NCBI GenBank assembly: GCA_964106645.2 | Contig: OZ067047.1 | Direction: 5' to 3' (one strand) | Length of the DNA: 64,000 nt | Origin: Podarcis pityusensis | Lineage: Eukaryota | In this document: piece after piece, positions 1-12,437 of the stretch | Position numbering within the stretch: position 1 is the stretch's first letter | Layout of the letters: the number at the start of each line of letters is the position of its first letter | The notes under the pieces: generated by a model | What the model was told of the DNA's origin: nothing | Databases searched by the model: none | What the model saw: only the letters and a program-made list of their open reading frames with translations | Position numbers and translations under genes: made by a program

Positions 1-558
1 TGTACATTGACATTCAAGATACATCAGTGATTTTATTTTTATTTTTAATTAAAAATAACCGTTGGATCCAACAGCCCATCTCATTCTGAATTCTGTTTGG
101 AAGTTTCAGAAACAAATATAAAACAGTTCTATAAAAGGTATCCTGGCTCTGATATATATGGCTGAGGTCTCAAAGATCCTACAATTTCCCACTAGAGACA
201 TTATGCAAGTGTCAGTTCTGGGGACAGAGAAAGCAATTGCTCAGAGCATACCTGTCATGAAGCAGATATGGTGAGCTGGATGTAAAGTAACTTTGTTCAT
301 TCCACAGAAGGCAGTGGCCTGGGCCCACATGAGACTGCACTCTTAACATGCTGCCGTTCAGGGTGGTTTACACTTGAAAAGCCTGATGCTATCCTAGGGG
401 CATGGAAAGCCCCTGTGGGGTGTCACTTCGTGGCCTCAGCCCAGCTCAGGGACTGCCATTTCCGCCCCACACTAAGTTGTAGGATTGGATCGTTACATTG
501 GTCTACACTATGTTGGGCATGAGATTTCTGTCACTCCTATCAATGTTATACCAGCATG

Positions 559-1187
559 TGTAGGCCCAACTCCTAGGGGCCATGGAGGCTTCGGCCCCCA
601 CAATAAAATATTAGAGAAGGCTGGTCTCCCGCAAAGTTGATGGGCATTCCCATTCAAATGGTGTGTGTGCACTGCATCATGTGATTATGTGGGGTGGGGC
701 TTACCTGGGCCCCCACAATATTTTATTCAAGTTGAAGATGATGGAATTTTCAGAGCTGGCCGACCTGACTGGAAGAGTCCGTGATCAGAAGGAGGAGGAT
801 TACCAGGAAGAATGGACGAAATTTAAAGACTATTTAGTTAAATATGTTAAGTTAAATTATTTGAAAAAGCTTGCAAATACCAGATAGTCTTAGGATTTAG
901 ATATGTAATGTGATGAATTAATATGTTTAATGCTAAATTGGAAAGAAAGAAAGATGTTAAGTGTTTAAGTTAATTTTTTAAGAATTCAGGTTTTGGAAAA
1001 CCGTTAAAATGTTATACACTGAAATTCAACCAGGGGGATATGAGGAAGTCACTTAACAATGATACAAAGTTTGGTTTAAATACGGTTGAGATTTATGTTG
1101 TTCGTTTATATGTTTGTTTGTTAAAAAAAAATGGAAAAACAATTTAAAAAATTGCGGGGGGGGGAATTATTCAAGTTGCCACCCCTG
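559..1187 (+). mobile_element. Non-autonomous hAT-type MITE, interrupted by an L1 3' fragment
   Basis: 8-bp TSD CCAGCATG (551-558) / CCACCATG (1188-1195). The body matches copies at about 2790-2973 and 14839-15021. Confidence 0.7.
735..1166 (+). mobile_element. 5'-truncated L1-clade LINE (ORF2 C-terminus plus AT-rich 3' UTR)
   Basis: MMEFSELADLTGRVRDQKEEDYQEEWTKFKDYL resembles squamate L1 ORF2 C-termini and the L1 at 35.8-36.0 kb. A-rich tail; perfect 12-bp TSD TTATTCAAGTTG (723-734 / 1167-1178). Confidence 0.8.
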
Positions 1188-1689
1188 CCACCATGTGTTT
1201 TGGGATGTGGTATCAAAGGAGCAGAGAAGTTGTCTGAAACTTGGAACTTGCCAAGAAATTTTGTGGCCACAGTAACCTCCCACTTCACCTGTTGTATTCA
1301 TTGTTGCTGCCCATATTCCATGCTACTGGCACATTTTTAATTGTGCCCTTTGAAGAAGCTACAACATGTAGGATTGCCATCAAAATGTATACTCTGCAGA
1401 TTAGCAGAAAAACGAAAGGACACCTACACTGAATGCAATGGAATCATCTGGGGTGCTGCTGCAATGATAACAACGAAGGTCAGGTCTAAATGCTAATTGA
1501 TCACATTGCTAAGTGCTGGTGTGGGAAGTGAGGTGCAATGTTGCCACATGTGTTGTTTGCGCTAGACAAATATTGTGTGATATGTGGTTTAAAAAGAATC
1601 CTGTCAGCTGTGGCTTTTTTAAAAAAAAACCTGCTGGGAGAAGCACATTTAGAAGTGAAACAGAAGTCAAGACTTCTGCTCCCATAGTG

Positions 1690-1980
1690 GAGGGGTGGCA
1701 AACCTTAGGCCCAGGGGGCAAATATCGCTCTCCAGGCCTCTGAATTGGGCCTTTGGGGATGTACTGAAGCCAAACCCTCTCCTCCGGCCCAGGCCTCCTC
1801 CTTACCCTCGAGTGTTTTTGTCTGACTGCGTTATGTCCTTGAACTCAGATAATTCTTTTAGCTTGCCTGAATGGAAGACAAAGAGTTGGGTAAGAGCAAG
1901 TGTTAAAACTAGGCTTTTCTACCAAGATAAAATTAAGGTTTTGGTTTTTTTCCTCCACCCACTTTTGCTTCTGAGCTCCC
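1690..1980. mobile_element. Degraded hAT-Charlie-like MITE fragment
   Basis: GGGGTGGCAAACCT...GGCCC terminus motif; related sequence near 21640-21905. Boundaries approximate. Confidence 0.4.
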
Positions 1981-2493
1981 AAACCACTGGCATGTGGATC
2001 CCAGAATGCAATGCAGCTCTCAGTCTGAAAAAGGTTCCCCAGTCCTCTCATAATGTCTACCTGTTACAAATGCAGCCCACTCTGCTGGGGCAGATTTCCT
2101 TCCTTCCTTTGGGTCCGTATTTTGACTGAAACTATTGAGAAAAGTGGTCTGCATTGCCTCCATGAGATTAGCCACTTTGACTCTCATGCAAAACAACAAC
2201 CCTGCATGGCCAGGCAAATCAGTTGTTCCCAGGGTATGTCCCACATGAATTTAGTGTGAATGTTGCACTGATCAGGCAAGGAGGAGAGTTCGCCCATCAA
2301 AGAATTCCTGAAAGCAGAAGACTCAGCAGGCCACTCACAAGTGATACATGTTGCATACAAGCAAAGACATCATGAGAGAATGACACATATCATGAGGGTA
2401 ATTCTTTTTCTTTAAAAAATGTTCATCCTGTTGAAAAAAAAATGCAATAGACAATCTCGCATCTACTGAGAACTAAGCAAAAGAGAGACAATA

Positions 2494-2703
2494 CCGTGGT
2501 ACCTCAGGATACGAATGGGATCCGTTCCGGAGCCCCGTTCGCATCCTGAAGACACTTCTGCACATGTGCGTGACGTCATTTTGACCATCTGTGCATGTGC
2601 GCACGGTGAAACCCGGAAGTAACACGCTCCATTACTTCCGGGTCGCTGCGGAGCGCAACCCGAAATACTTAACTTGAAGCACATTTATCCTGAGGTACGA
2701 CTG
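2494..2703. mobile_element. Tc1/mariner (pogo/Tigger-like) MITE
   Basis: TIRs CCGTGGTACCTCAGGATA / TATCCTGAGGTACGACTG flanked by TA on both sides. Confidence 0.8.
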
Positions 2704-2789
2704 TAGTAACTTGAGTCCTTAATCCTGTACTTCTTGTCATATGTTTCCATGAGTTTTAGTTGAGGTGGCCTTCTCATTTGGTCTTCCTG

Positions 2790-2973
2790 GCACAACTCCT
2801 AGGGCCCAAGCGGTCTTCCGCTCCCACAATAAAATATTTGAAGGAGACACTCTCCTCAGTTGAAAGGCATCACCATTCAAATGGTGTGCATGCACCACAT
2901 TATATGAGCGATTATGCGGGGAGGGGTTACCTGCCTGCTCCCAATACTTTATTAAAGTATTATGGCACCCCTG
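2790..2973 (+). mobile_element. hAT-type MITE, same family as 559-1187
   Basis: Shared blocks AACTCCTAGGG...CCCACAATAAAATATT...CCATTCAAATGGTGTG...GGCACCCCTG. Confidence 0.65.
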
Positions 2974-3855
2974 CACATAAGTGAAATAAATGGTTGCCAT
3001 ACTGCATAAAAAGATAATGGGTTTGATTTAACTCTGGTTGCTTTTACTTGACAGCCAAGGCAACATACCAGACTTATGTATATCAATTCTTATATCTATA
3101 TGGAGACAAGCATTGGGACAAATCTGTTGAAATATGCTGTCTTCAGAAATGCTTACACAAATCCTTTAGTTTTATTTTCACCAAGTTGCTTTTTTTTTTT
3201 TTTTTTTTGCTGCTCAGTATTATATATAATGTACAATTTAAAACCATGCAATGAAACGTCTGAACTTTTGTTGCTTCACTGAAAATTATGGACCACAGAT
3301 GTTGCTAGCGCACCAGCTTGTCCCATTACTGATAGCAGAGTTAATTGCACAACTGGAGTCATTTTTTCCCTGCATGTTATATAGATAGCAAGTTCCTAAA
3401 CCTGAATTTGAAAAATATAGACATAAGCAAAATCGGACAAGGTGTCCTTGTACCTGGAGTTATTCATTAATTGTATAATTATAACCCAAAACAGATGCTA
3501 GCCGGGGGTGGGGGGAATTTAAGGAACGCGAAGTTATCATCCATAAAGTACACGGTCATCAAGTGAGAGTGAATATTAAAGTCATATCATGCCTGTGAAA
3601 CTGAGCCTTTTTTTGGTCTGTTTAATGATGAGTATGTTTGATTGCTATTTCTTCTGAACCAATGACACAATGCGGAGAAATGCTGTCAAACTCTAGAAAC
3701 AAATGTCTTTCGTGTGTGTGCTATAGAGCAACTCATTTACATCCTGTACTGTGCCAAAATAAACATATATTAGGATTCAATGTGTGTCTTACACTGACAA
3801 TTTCACGCTGCATAGTTTAAGATTATGGTCCCTTCTGAATATATATATATGAACT

Positions 3856-5401
3856 TGGATGCAGTTCATCCAGGGCCAGATGAACTGCATCCAAGAGTAT
3901 TAAAAGAACTGGCAGATGTGATCTCAGAACCACTGGCAGTCATCTTTGAGAATTCCTGGAGATCAGGCGAAGTCCCGGCAGACTGGAGGAGGGCAAATGT
4001 TGTCCCTATTTTCAAAAAGGGGGAAAGAGAAGGCCCAAATAATTACCGCCCAGTCAGTCTGACATCAATACCAGGGAAGATTCTGGAGCAGATCATTAAG
4101 CAAAAAGTCTGTGAGCACCTAGAAAGGAATGCTGTGATCACCAATAGTCAGCATGGATTTCTGAAGAATAAGTCATGTCAGACCAACCTGATCTCGTTTT
4201 TTGACAGAATTACAAGCCTGGTAGATGAAGGGAACGCAGTGGATGTAGCCTACCTTGATTTCAGCAAGGCATTTGACAAGGTGCCCCATGATATTCTTGT
4301 AAAGAAGCTGGTAAAATGCGGTCTTGACTATGCTACCACTCAGTGGATTTGTAACTGGCTGACTGACCGAACCCAAAGGGTGCTCATCAATGGTTCCTCT
4401 TCATCCTGGAGAAGAGTGACTAGTGGGGTGCCACAGGGTTCTGTCTTGGGCCTTCAACATCTTTATCAACGACTTGGATGATGGACTCAAGGGCATCCTG
4501 ATCAAATTTGCAGATGACACCAAACTGGGAGGGGTGGCTAACACCCCAGAGGACAGGATCACACTTCAAAACGACCTTGACAGATTAGAGAACTGGGCCA
4601 AAACAAACAAGATGAATTTTAACAGGGAGAAATGTAAAGTATTGCACTTGGGCAAAAAAAATGAGAGGCACAAATACAAGATGGGTGACACCTGGCTTGA
4701 GAGCAGTACATGTGAAAAGGATCTAGGAGTCTTGGTTGACCACAAACTTGACATGAGCCAACAGTGTGACGCGGCAGCTAAAAAAGCCAATGCAATTCTG
4801 GGCTGCATCAATAGGAGTATAGCATCTAGATCAAGGGAAGCAATAGTGCCACTGTATTCTGCTCTGGTCAGACCTCACCTGGAGTACTGTGTCCAGTTCT
4901 GGGCACCACAGTTCAAGAAGGACACTGACAAACTGGAACGTGTCCAGAGGAGGGCAACCAAAATGGTCAAAGGCCTGGAAACGATGTCTTATGAGGAACG
5001 GCTAAGGGAGCTGGGCATGTTTAGCCTGGAGAAGAGGAGGTTAAGGGGTGATATGATAGCCATGTTCAAATATATAAAAGGATGTCACATAGAGGAGGGA
5101 GAAAGGTTGTTTTCTGCTGCTCCAGAGAAGCGGACACGGAGCAATGGATCCAAACTACAAGAAAGAAGATTCCACCTAAACATTAGGAAGAACTTCCTGA
5201 CAGTAAGAGCTGTTCGACAGTGGAATTTGCTGCCAAGGAGTGTGGTGGAGTCTCCTTCTTTGGAGGTCTTTAAGCAGAGGCTTGACAACCATATGTCAGG
5301 AGTGCTCTGATGGTGTTTCCTGCTTGGCAGGGGGTTGGACTCGATGGCCCTTGTGGTCTCTTCCAACTCTATGATTCTATGATTCCATTATTCTATGATT
5401 C
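3856..5401 (+). mobile_element. Young 5'-truncated CR1 LINE: ORF2 RT domain to C-terminus plus 3' UTR
   Basis: ORFs 3825-4481 and 4423-5310 carry the CR1 RT motifs GPDELHPRVLKEL, NYRPVSLTS, YLDFSKAFD, GVPQGSVLG, KFADD and RPHLEYCVQFW. One frameshift (about 8-nt deletion in GPVLFN at about 4452). Ends in (ATTCTATG)n; TSD TATGAACT at 3848-3855 / 5402-5409. Confidence 0.97.
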
Positions 5402-7932
5402 TATGAACTGGCCAGGATGCCAGAAGGGATACAATTTACAAGCTTTCTCCATTATCTGCACAGCAGGGGGTGTTCAGTCAACAGTGCAAAGGCTGAGCTG
5501 AAGCGTTCCCTGCTGGTTCCCTGCTTTCTGCAATAGGGGTCGCTGTTTGGTTGTACCCAATTGGTTAGCTGTCAGATTCTAGAGCTCTCTATTAGTGACT
5601 CTTAGGTAATTCACAAAATACAGAGTCCATTCATAAAACACAGTGTTAATTCAAAAAGCAGTAACATAAATCTCCATTGCTACATATTGGGTGTCTATTT
5701 CAGCAGTTGAACATACAGGTTTATGGCCGTGCTGTAGTGTAGTGCTTATGCGACTGTGAATAAAAGGTGGCTGGGCTCATTGTCTCGTGGCTTTTGGGGG
5801 TGGGAGGTGACAAAACTGATTTCCAATAAGTGCCCCCCTTTATTTCCATAACAAGTCCTTGAGTCTGTACTCTGAATAGTGACACCAGGGACAAAGAAGG
5901 TGCAAGGCTTGTCAGTCCAAGCCCTGCACAGTCTCATCAGGGCTGACCTTGAGGCAATTGGAACAATTGAGCCAAATTGAGCCCCGCGTGCTGCTCCTAA
6001 GGGGACCCCCACACCAGGGCAATCTAGATGGATTTTATTTATATCTATAAGATTTTGCAGATTTTGGCTGTGGACTGCCCCTCCCCCAAAAAACATTCAA
6101 GTTGTGCCCCACTGCTTTAAATTGGGCCCCACTGGCTAGCCCTGAGTCTCATAGTTGCTCGGCCTGAGTTGCCCTGCCCTTGCATGAAGTCTTGGGTTTG
6201 CAATTTTGGGAGAGGGGAGACTGCCCGCTGGGGAGTGAGTGGGCTGGCGAGGCCCCTTAGATTTAGAGGCCCTAGGCTTCAGCCTACTTAGCTTATATAT
6301 AAATCTGGCACTGATTTGATCATAGTTTTCAGTACCATTTTGCAGCCAAAATATGGTTTGCACAAACCACCATTTGCCTAGCTCAGTGTAACAGAAAACT
6401 ATGGTTTGTTAAGGAAGAGGGATTTGGGACAATGTGTGGGGAGGAAGAAAGAGGGAAGCATACAAACTGAGGTTTGCTCACGTAACAAAAGCAAATCATG
6501 TTTTGGCATTGCATCTCAGCCGTGAGCTACACATGCAGAAGTACCTTAAATACTTTTACTAACATTTGGTTTCATTAATGAGAATGATTTATTTGAAGGA
6601 TAAAATCAGGCTCTTAGAAGTTGGTGAACAAATGAGATCATAATCCATGATATTGTAGTCCCTAGTTCAGAAAGCATTACTCGTTGCTCCAGGGATATAC
6701 ATGAGAAGTGACTTCCTTGAAGTGCTTGGCAGAACTGCTTGAGATTTTGCCCACCTTCTGTCAAGTACTGAAGTGTATGCCCATGTCCACCACTGGAGAG
6801 ACACACTTAATTTCTCATTACTGCCTGCACAAAGACAGAATTTGCCCATGGGCTAAGTAGCATATCCTAATGTCTACCTGAGACTTAATGGATTAATGAA
6901 ATGTTGCTTTCGAAAAAGAAAAGGAAATGTAAGTCATTTGGAACTGAAATCTCATTCATGAATATTACCTGACATATCATAAAGGATTATGAAATTGCTG
7001 CCTCTGTAGGAAGACTTAAGTGAGATTTGTGATTAAAAGGACAAATAAATAGTAACTCCTTAAGAAACAGAGACCTTTAATCTTCAAATGGGAAGTCTTA
7101 GACTCTTGCCAAAGCCCATCTGGAAAGAATAAAGTGACAGTATTTAATTACTAGAAAAAGCCATCTCGGGCCTACTCTACTGAAAACAGCAAGATGAGAT
7201 TAAATGATTTTATTCACCAGACAAAGAAAGCAAGAGGTTTTTTATGGCTGCTTTGCAAAAATTGACATTCAGAAGACAATTTGTGTAGTTGTTTTCAACA
7301 CAACTTTCAGGGTTTCTCATGGATACAGACAACCAGGGTTTTTCTGAAAATATTTTCCAATGAAGGGAGTGATGGCACTGAGGAAAAGAGAGAGGGGAGG
7401 CTTCTGATTTATGCTCAACAAAGAATTTAACAGTGTTTTATTATGCCCTCCCCCCTCAACCAAGGTTGAATGGACTTTATCTAAAATTATATTTGGACTG
7501 GACCAGGAGTGTAACGGAGCAAAGAAGAAAATGGTTGCAAATTAAATCTGGCAAGAAGCTGCATTCGTGAAAGAGGATCTGTTTTTAGCTATGTGCCGAG
7601 GAAGAACCCCAAAGTGGAATTTTAATGGCGGAGAGTGGACATGTTATCTGAGAGTTATTCATAGCAGCAGCCTGCATGTAAGTTGGTGAAAGATAGCAAT
7701 TAACCCTCCCAGCACACCAGGTCTGAGAACAACATTTATGAAGGACTACACAAGTGACATGGAATTTGTATTTATGAGAAACAACAAAGGTGCTGTATGT
7801 AAGGAAACAATAAAAGTCGTCTGCGAGAATGGACTGACATCAAAAGATAAATTAAAGAGGAGATGAAAGAAGGATGAAGTGGCTACATGAGGAAGTAATA
7901 GACATATGTTTGCAACAGGAGCGGGAAACCTG

Positions 7933-7976
7933 ATTACTTTAATTTAACACAAGAAATTGTGTTAAATTAAAGTAAT
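7933..7976. repeat. Perfect 20-bp inverted repeat with GAAA loop
   Basis: ATTACTTTAATTTAACACAA-GAAA-TTGTGTTAAATTAAAGTAAT. Confidence 0.95.
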
Positions 7977-8139
7977 TGCGACCTATGAAGTGATGGTTAC
8001 TGTATGCATTAGGATATGTGCTGTGAAATGGAAGTACCTAACATGGAAATGGTGCTGCAACATTAAAATTCTCGCAGCCATCTGACAGCAACAAAAGATC
8101 AATAATGCTGCAAAGGGCAAACTACCAGCAGAGGGAGCT

Positions 8140-8665
8140 CCAACAATGGCTATTAGCTGGTGCTCACCCCTGGGGTTCCCAGGGGTCCTGGCATGGCCCT
8201 AGCCCCTCCCCGGGCTTCAGCCGAGATCCAGACCCCCTGGATTCCTTTAACGGAATACCCTATCAAATGGAGGGGCAGGTGATGGCCGTACCTCCCCGCC
8301 CCACATTCCCCTAAACCAATGCCTAACTGCTAAACCTTACAAAGTTGTGACGATTGCTAAGAGGTAGGCAAAAACCAAGTGGCCACTGCCAATCTGCCAC
8401 ATTGGAAAAAATTCCTACCCGGCCCCGTTCCAAAACAGGTTGGGTGTGTGTGTGTTTGGCAGCGCGAAGCAAGAGGGGTTCCCCACGTTGCGCTGCCGTT
8501 TAAATAATAAAGCCCCGATCATCCTGCCATGACAATTGGCTAAGAGCCAGTGGCATGATTGTGGCACCACTGTCCCAGAGCGGGGCAAAGCCCCATCTCC
8601 AGGCCAGTTGGGGGAAGTCCCGGGGTTGCGCGCAACATGGACCCTCGGTTATGAGGATCCAACTT
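8140..8665 (-). mobile_element. DIRS/Ngaro-like non-autonomous element, 3'-truncated copy
   Basis: Shares GGTAGGAATTTTT, GCCTACCTCTTAGCAATCGTCACAAC, TTAGGCATTGG and CCGTTAAAGGAAT with the copies at 22.3 and 35.0 kb. The family name is inferred. Confidence 0.6.
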
Positions 8666-9311
8666 GTCACATTCAAAGGCTCCATGGTGTGTCATTTACT
8701 CCGCAATGTCATAACTTTCAAAGTTAGGACCACACAAACATCCAGCTAGTCTCCCCACCTTTCATTCTAGTTTCAAACCTGTTAGTAAAGCCAGCTCAGA
8801 TGATGTTTCTAAACACTGAGCACAATTTTCAGGTCATTCACTGTAACACCAAGTGGGGAGTGTATAATGTTTCTTAGCAGCTACAGTGAATATCATCATC
8901 ATCTCAAGGCCTCATTCTCCAGACCAAAGTGGATGTTGCACACATTTGTTTGGTAACATTCAACTTCTTCTTCTTTTAAATGAAAACAGTTTTGCGGAGA
9001 AGATGCTGTTAACAACAAAGAGCAGGTATACATGAATCTCCTTAACCTCTTTTCTACTTAGCCATTTTACTGCGGAAAACTGCATCCCCCCTCTAGATGC
9101 CTTTTCTTCCACAGGAATATATTGCTTGCATCTGTATGTGATGGACACAACAAGGGGACAATAAAACAAAGAATTGAGGGCCACCTTAGAGCCAAAAGAA
9201 GTAAGGTTCTGGGAATGAAGTAACTGAAGACCAATGCCCTCTTGCCATGGGAACTCTCTCTTTCAACCCAAACCCTGGATGTTCTGTGGGAAGCATGAGA
9301 GGGGCAGAGTT

Positions 9312-9622
9312 CTGGTGACCTTTAAAGCCCTAAACAGCCTCAGACCTGTATACCTGAAGGAGCATCTCCACCTCCATCGTTCAGCCCGGACACTGAAGTC
9401 CAGCTCTGAGGGCCTTCTGGTGGTTCCCTCCCTGTGAGATGTGAAACTACAGGGAACCAAGCAGAACGCCTTCTTGGTAGTACGCACCCGCCCTGTGGAA
9501 TGCCCTCCCATCAGATGTCAAACAGATAGACAACTATTTGACTTTAAGAACACATCAGGGAAGATTTTATTAGTTGATGCTGTATTGTGTTTTTAATATT
9601 TTGTTGGGAGCTGCCCAGAGTG
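9312..9622 (+). mobile_element. L2 LINE 3' fragment
   Basis: VLVTFKALNSLRPVYLKEHL...RTLKSS C-terminal L2 ORF2 motif, followed by the squamate L2 3' UTR. Confidence 0.8.
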
Positions 9623-10331
9623 GCACTAAATCAAAACAGATAGCAATCTGCAGAAAACCCAACTGCCATTTGTTCCAATTCAGTGCTAAACTGTGGGTTT
9701 TCCCCAGGGGAAGCAGTGGGGCAAGTGGAGGAGTGCATAACCTCTTAGCATAAGATAGCTTCTTGTGTTCCTAATTGTCTACAGTAAACTGAAAGGGCAT
9801 CACATTTGTGGGCAATGCATATTCCCTTGACTACAGCATTTTCTATTGAAATAATAAATGTTTGAGATACAGGTTTATATATTAACTTGGTTATGTTTTA
9901 AATGCCATAACATGCCGTAAAAAGATATGTTATTTCTGTGAATAACAATTCTCATATAGAACAGTTATTAGAAGCATTCAAAGAACCTAAATTTTATGTT
10001 AGCAAGCTGAGGGGCTCCTTTTTATCACAAATTGTTCCTTACATATAATTTGATTTCCATCTGAGAAAATGAAATTCTTAACAAGGAAGTATTGCAGTCA
10101 TTTATCTAGCGTAATTAAAAACTGATTCCCCATAAAAGCTACTGTGTGGTTTAAGATTACTTACATAATTTGAAATGAACACACATATTTTTAACTCTTG
10201 CATTAAGGTACAATTAACTTTGCCTTTAGAAAAATTCAGAACTGATAATTCTGAACAAATCTAGCACTAGCCACATTAACCAATTTATAGGTTGGTTCCT
10301 TTTTAAAAAAACAATTCTTTCATTAGAATGA

Positions 10332-10545
10332 AAATAAAAAAATAATAAAATAAAATAAATAAATAAATAAATCCTTCCAGTAGCACCTTTAAGACCAACT
10401 AAGTTAGTTCTTGGTATGAGCTTTCGTGTGCTTGCACACGAAAGCTCATACCAAGAACTAACTTAGTTGGTCTTAAAGGTGCTACTGGAAGGATTTTTTT
10501 TATTTTGACTATGGCAGACCAACACGGCTACCTATCTGTAACTGG
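10332..10545. mobile_element. Penelope-like element terminal fragment arranged as a fold-back palindrome
   Basis: 62-bp perfect inverted arms (10369-10430 / 10435-10496) plus the 3' end GCAGACCAACACGGCTACC. 13-bp TSD TTCATTAGAATGA (10319-10331 / 10546-10558). Nearly identical to 50415-50542. Confidence 0.85.
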
Positions 10546-10974
10546 TTCATTAGAATGATCACACACTATAATGACCATGAATAGGAAGTGTATGCTTATG
10601 GTATACATCTAATAGGCTGCAGAATCATATTCTTTACTTTAAAATGGACTCAAGTGTGCCCCCGTTTTCCTTCATCTAATATACCATTCCCACTAATTTA
10701 GACTTATACATTCCTTTGTGTTACAGCAAGGAAGTAGTAAAAGTCTCAGATGGGCAGCGATAAAAAAAAAAAGCTTTGAACAATTTTTTGAAATCTAGCA
10801 TGTGACTTCCTAAGCAACCTTCCTAATACTTCGTATTAGGAGCTGCCACATGTTTTGAGCAGCAAAAACAGTAAGGGATTGGGGTTGGCCGTTGGTAAAC
10901 GGCCATATATGATTGCTGAAACATATTTGATTCAATGGATTAGCAGCTGCCAGGGACAAAAATAGGGGAAGGGC

Positions 10975-11490
10975 AAAGCATCTCCTTTGAATGCAAAAGG
11001 TCTTGGGTTCCATCCTCAGCATTGCCAAGTAGGGCTGGACATGTCCCCTGTCTGAACCTCTGGAGAGTCACTGAGTAAAGTAAGGTAGAGGTCAAGGACC
11101 CCTGGACGGTTAAGTCCAGTCAAAGGCGACTGTGGAGTTGCGGTGCTCATCTCGCTTTCAGGCCGAGGGAGCTGGCATTTGTCCACAGACAGCTTTCCGG
11201 GTCATGTGGCCAGCATGACTAAATGGGACACCGTGACAGAAACCAGAGCGCATGGAAATGCCATTTATCTTCCCGCTACAATGGTACCTATTTATCTACT
11301 TGCACTGGCATGCTTTCAAAATGCTAGGTTGGCAGGAGCTAGGACAGAGCAACAGGATCTCACCCCATTGTGGGGATTTGAACCGTCGACCTTCCGATCG
11401 GCTTTAGAGCACAGCGCCACCCGCATCCTCACTGGGTAAAGTAGACTGAGAATAGACTCAGTGGAATAGAAGACAGCTTCCGGCATTCCT
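10975..11490 (+). mobile_element. Older Squam3-like tRNA SINE split by a Sauria SINE
   Basis: GCATCTCCTTTGAATGCAAAAGGTCTTGGGTTCCATCC...AGGGCTGG...TGAACCTCTGGAGAGTCACTG before the insertion; remainder after 11443. Confidence 0.55.
11083..11428 (-). mobile_element. Sauria (Squam1) SINE, near full length
   Basis: Core GGTACCTATTTATCTACTTGCAC and (ACCTTT)-type tail on the minus strand. 15-bp TSD TCACTG(A/G)GTAAAGTA (11068-11082 / 11429-11443). Confidence 0.9.
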
Positions 11491-12437
11491 ATTTAGGGGT
11501 AAGCAAACCAGGCCAATAAATATTCATCAGACTTCAGTGAAGTGGCAGACTTTGGGGTCTCAAATTTCAGCAGCACCCTGTGTGATGCCAAAATTCAGCA
11601 CCCCCTGCCTCTTGCGCTCTATTCTAGGTAATAGTTGTGACACCCCTGGGGGCACCCCTGAGGTTCAGCACCAAGTGCAACTGAACTGGTTGCACTCACC
11701 TAAATCTGCCGCTGTGCAGGGACTCCTTCAACTTCTGTTCCTTTTTTTTTTTTTTTTAAAGTGGCTATGTTAAAGCATGAATATGCTTATTTGGGGGGTG
11801 AGGGTTTATTTCGATAACCTTTTATTTAACATTGGAAGTGTTATGGATATTGTATCTTGAGGTTTTATGGCATGGTTTTTGAGATTGCACATCTACTTTT
11901 ATGCATGCTGGAAACTGGCTTGGGCCTATGGGAATGTCGGTATAAAAATCCAAATGAATAAGAAGAAATAAAACAAAATGCTGGCTTTGAACCTGCAAGC
12001 CTTCTGGGAGCCCTAAGATTTGGGGGGGAAATTATTGACCACATAAAGCCCCTGATTTACCATGAATAATATTTAAAACCAAAGTTACTATACAACTAAA
12101 ACTGGTGAAAATAAAAAAGTGTGTGTGTGTGTATTTAACTATTGGGGGGAGACGAGGGCACTGTTAGTTTCAAGCTGCATTTTGATTAGTTTTGTATTTT
12201 CTGCAGGAACTTTATGTAATGGGAACATTTCGCCATTTTATGGAACAACAATCCAGATTCCTTGCATGCAGAAAGAAATAGTAAAGAAAAATATAAGCAC
12301 CAAGCTAATTTTACTTTAAAGTGTCAGCTTCTATTTTAAAAGTGTACATGAAATAAACAGAAATTGTACTGATCACATTATAAGCCACAAGCATTATAAA
12401 GAGATGCATTTCTAAGTATGCACAGTGCTTCAATAAA

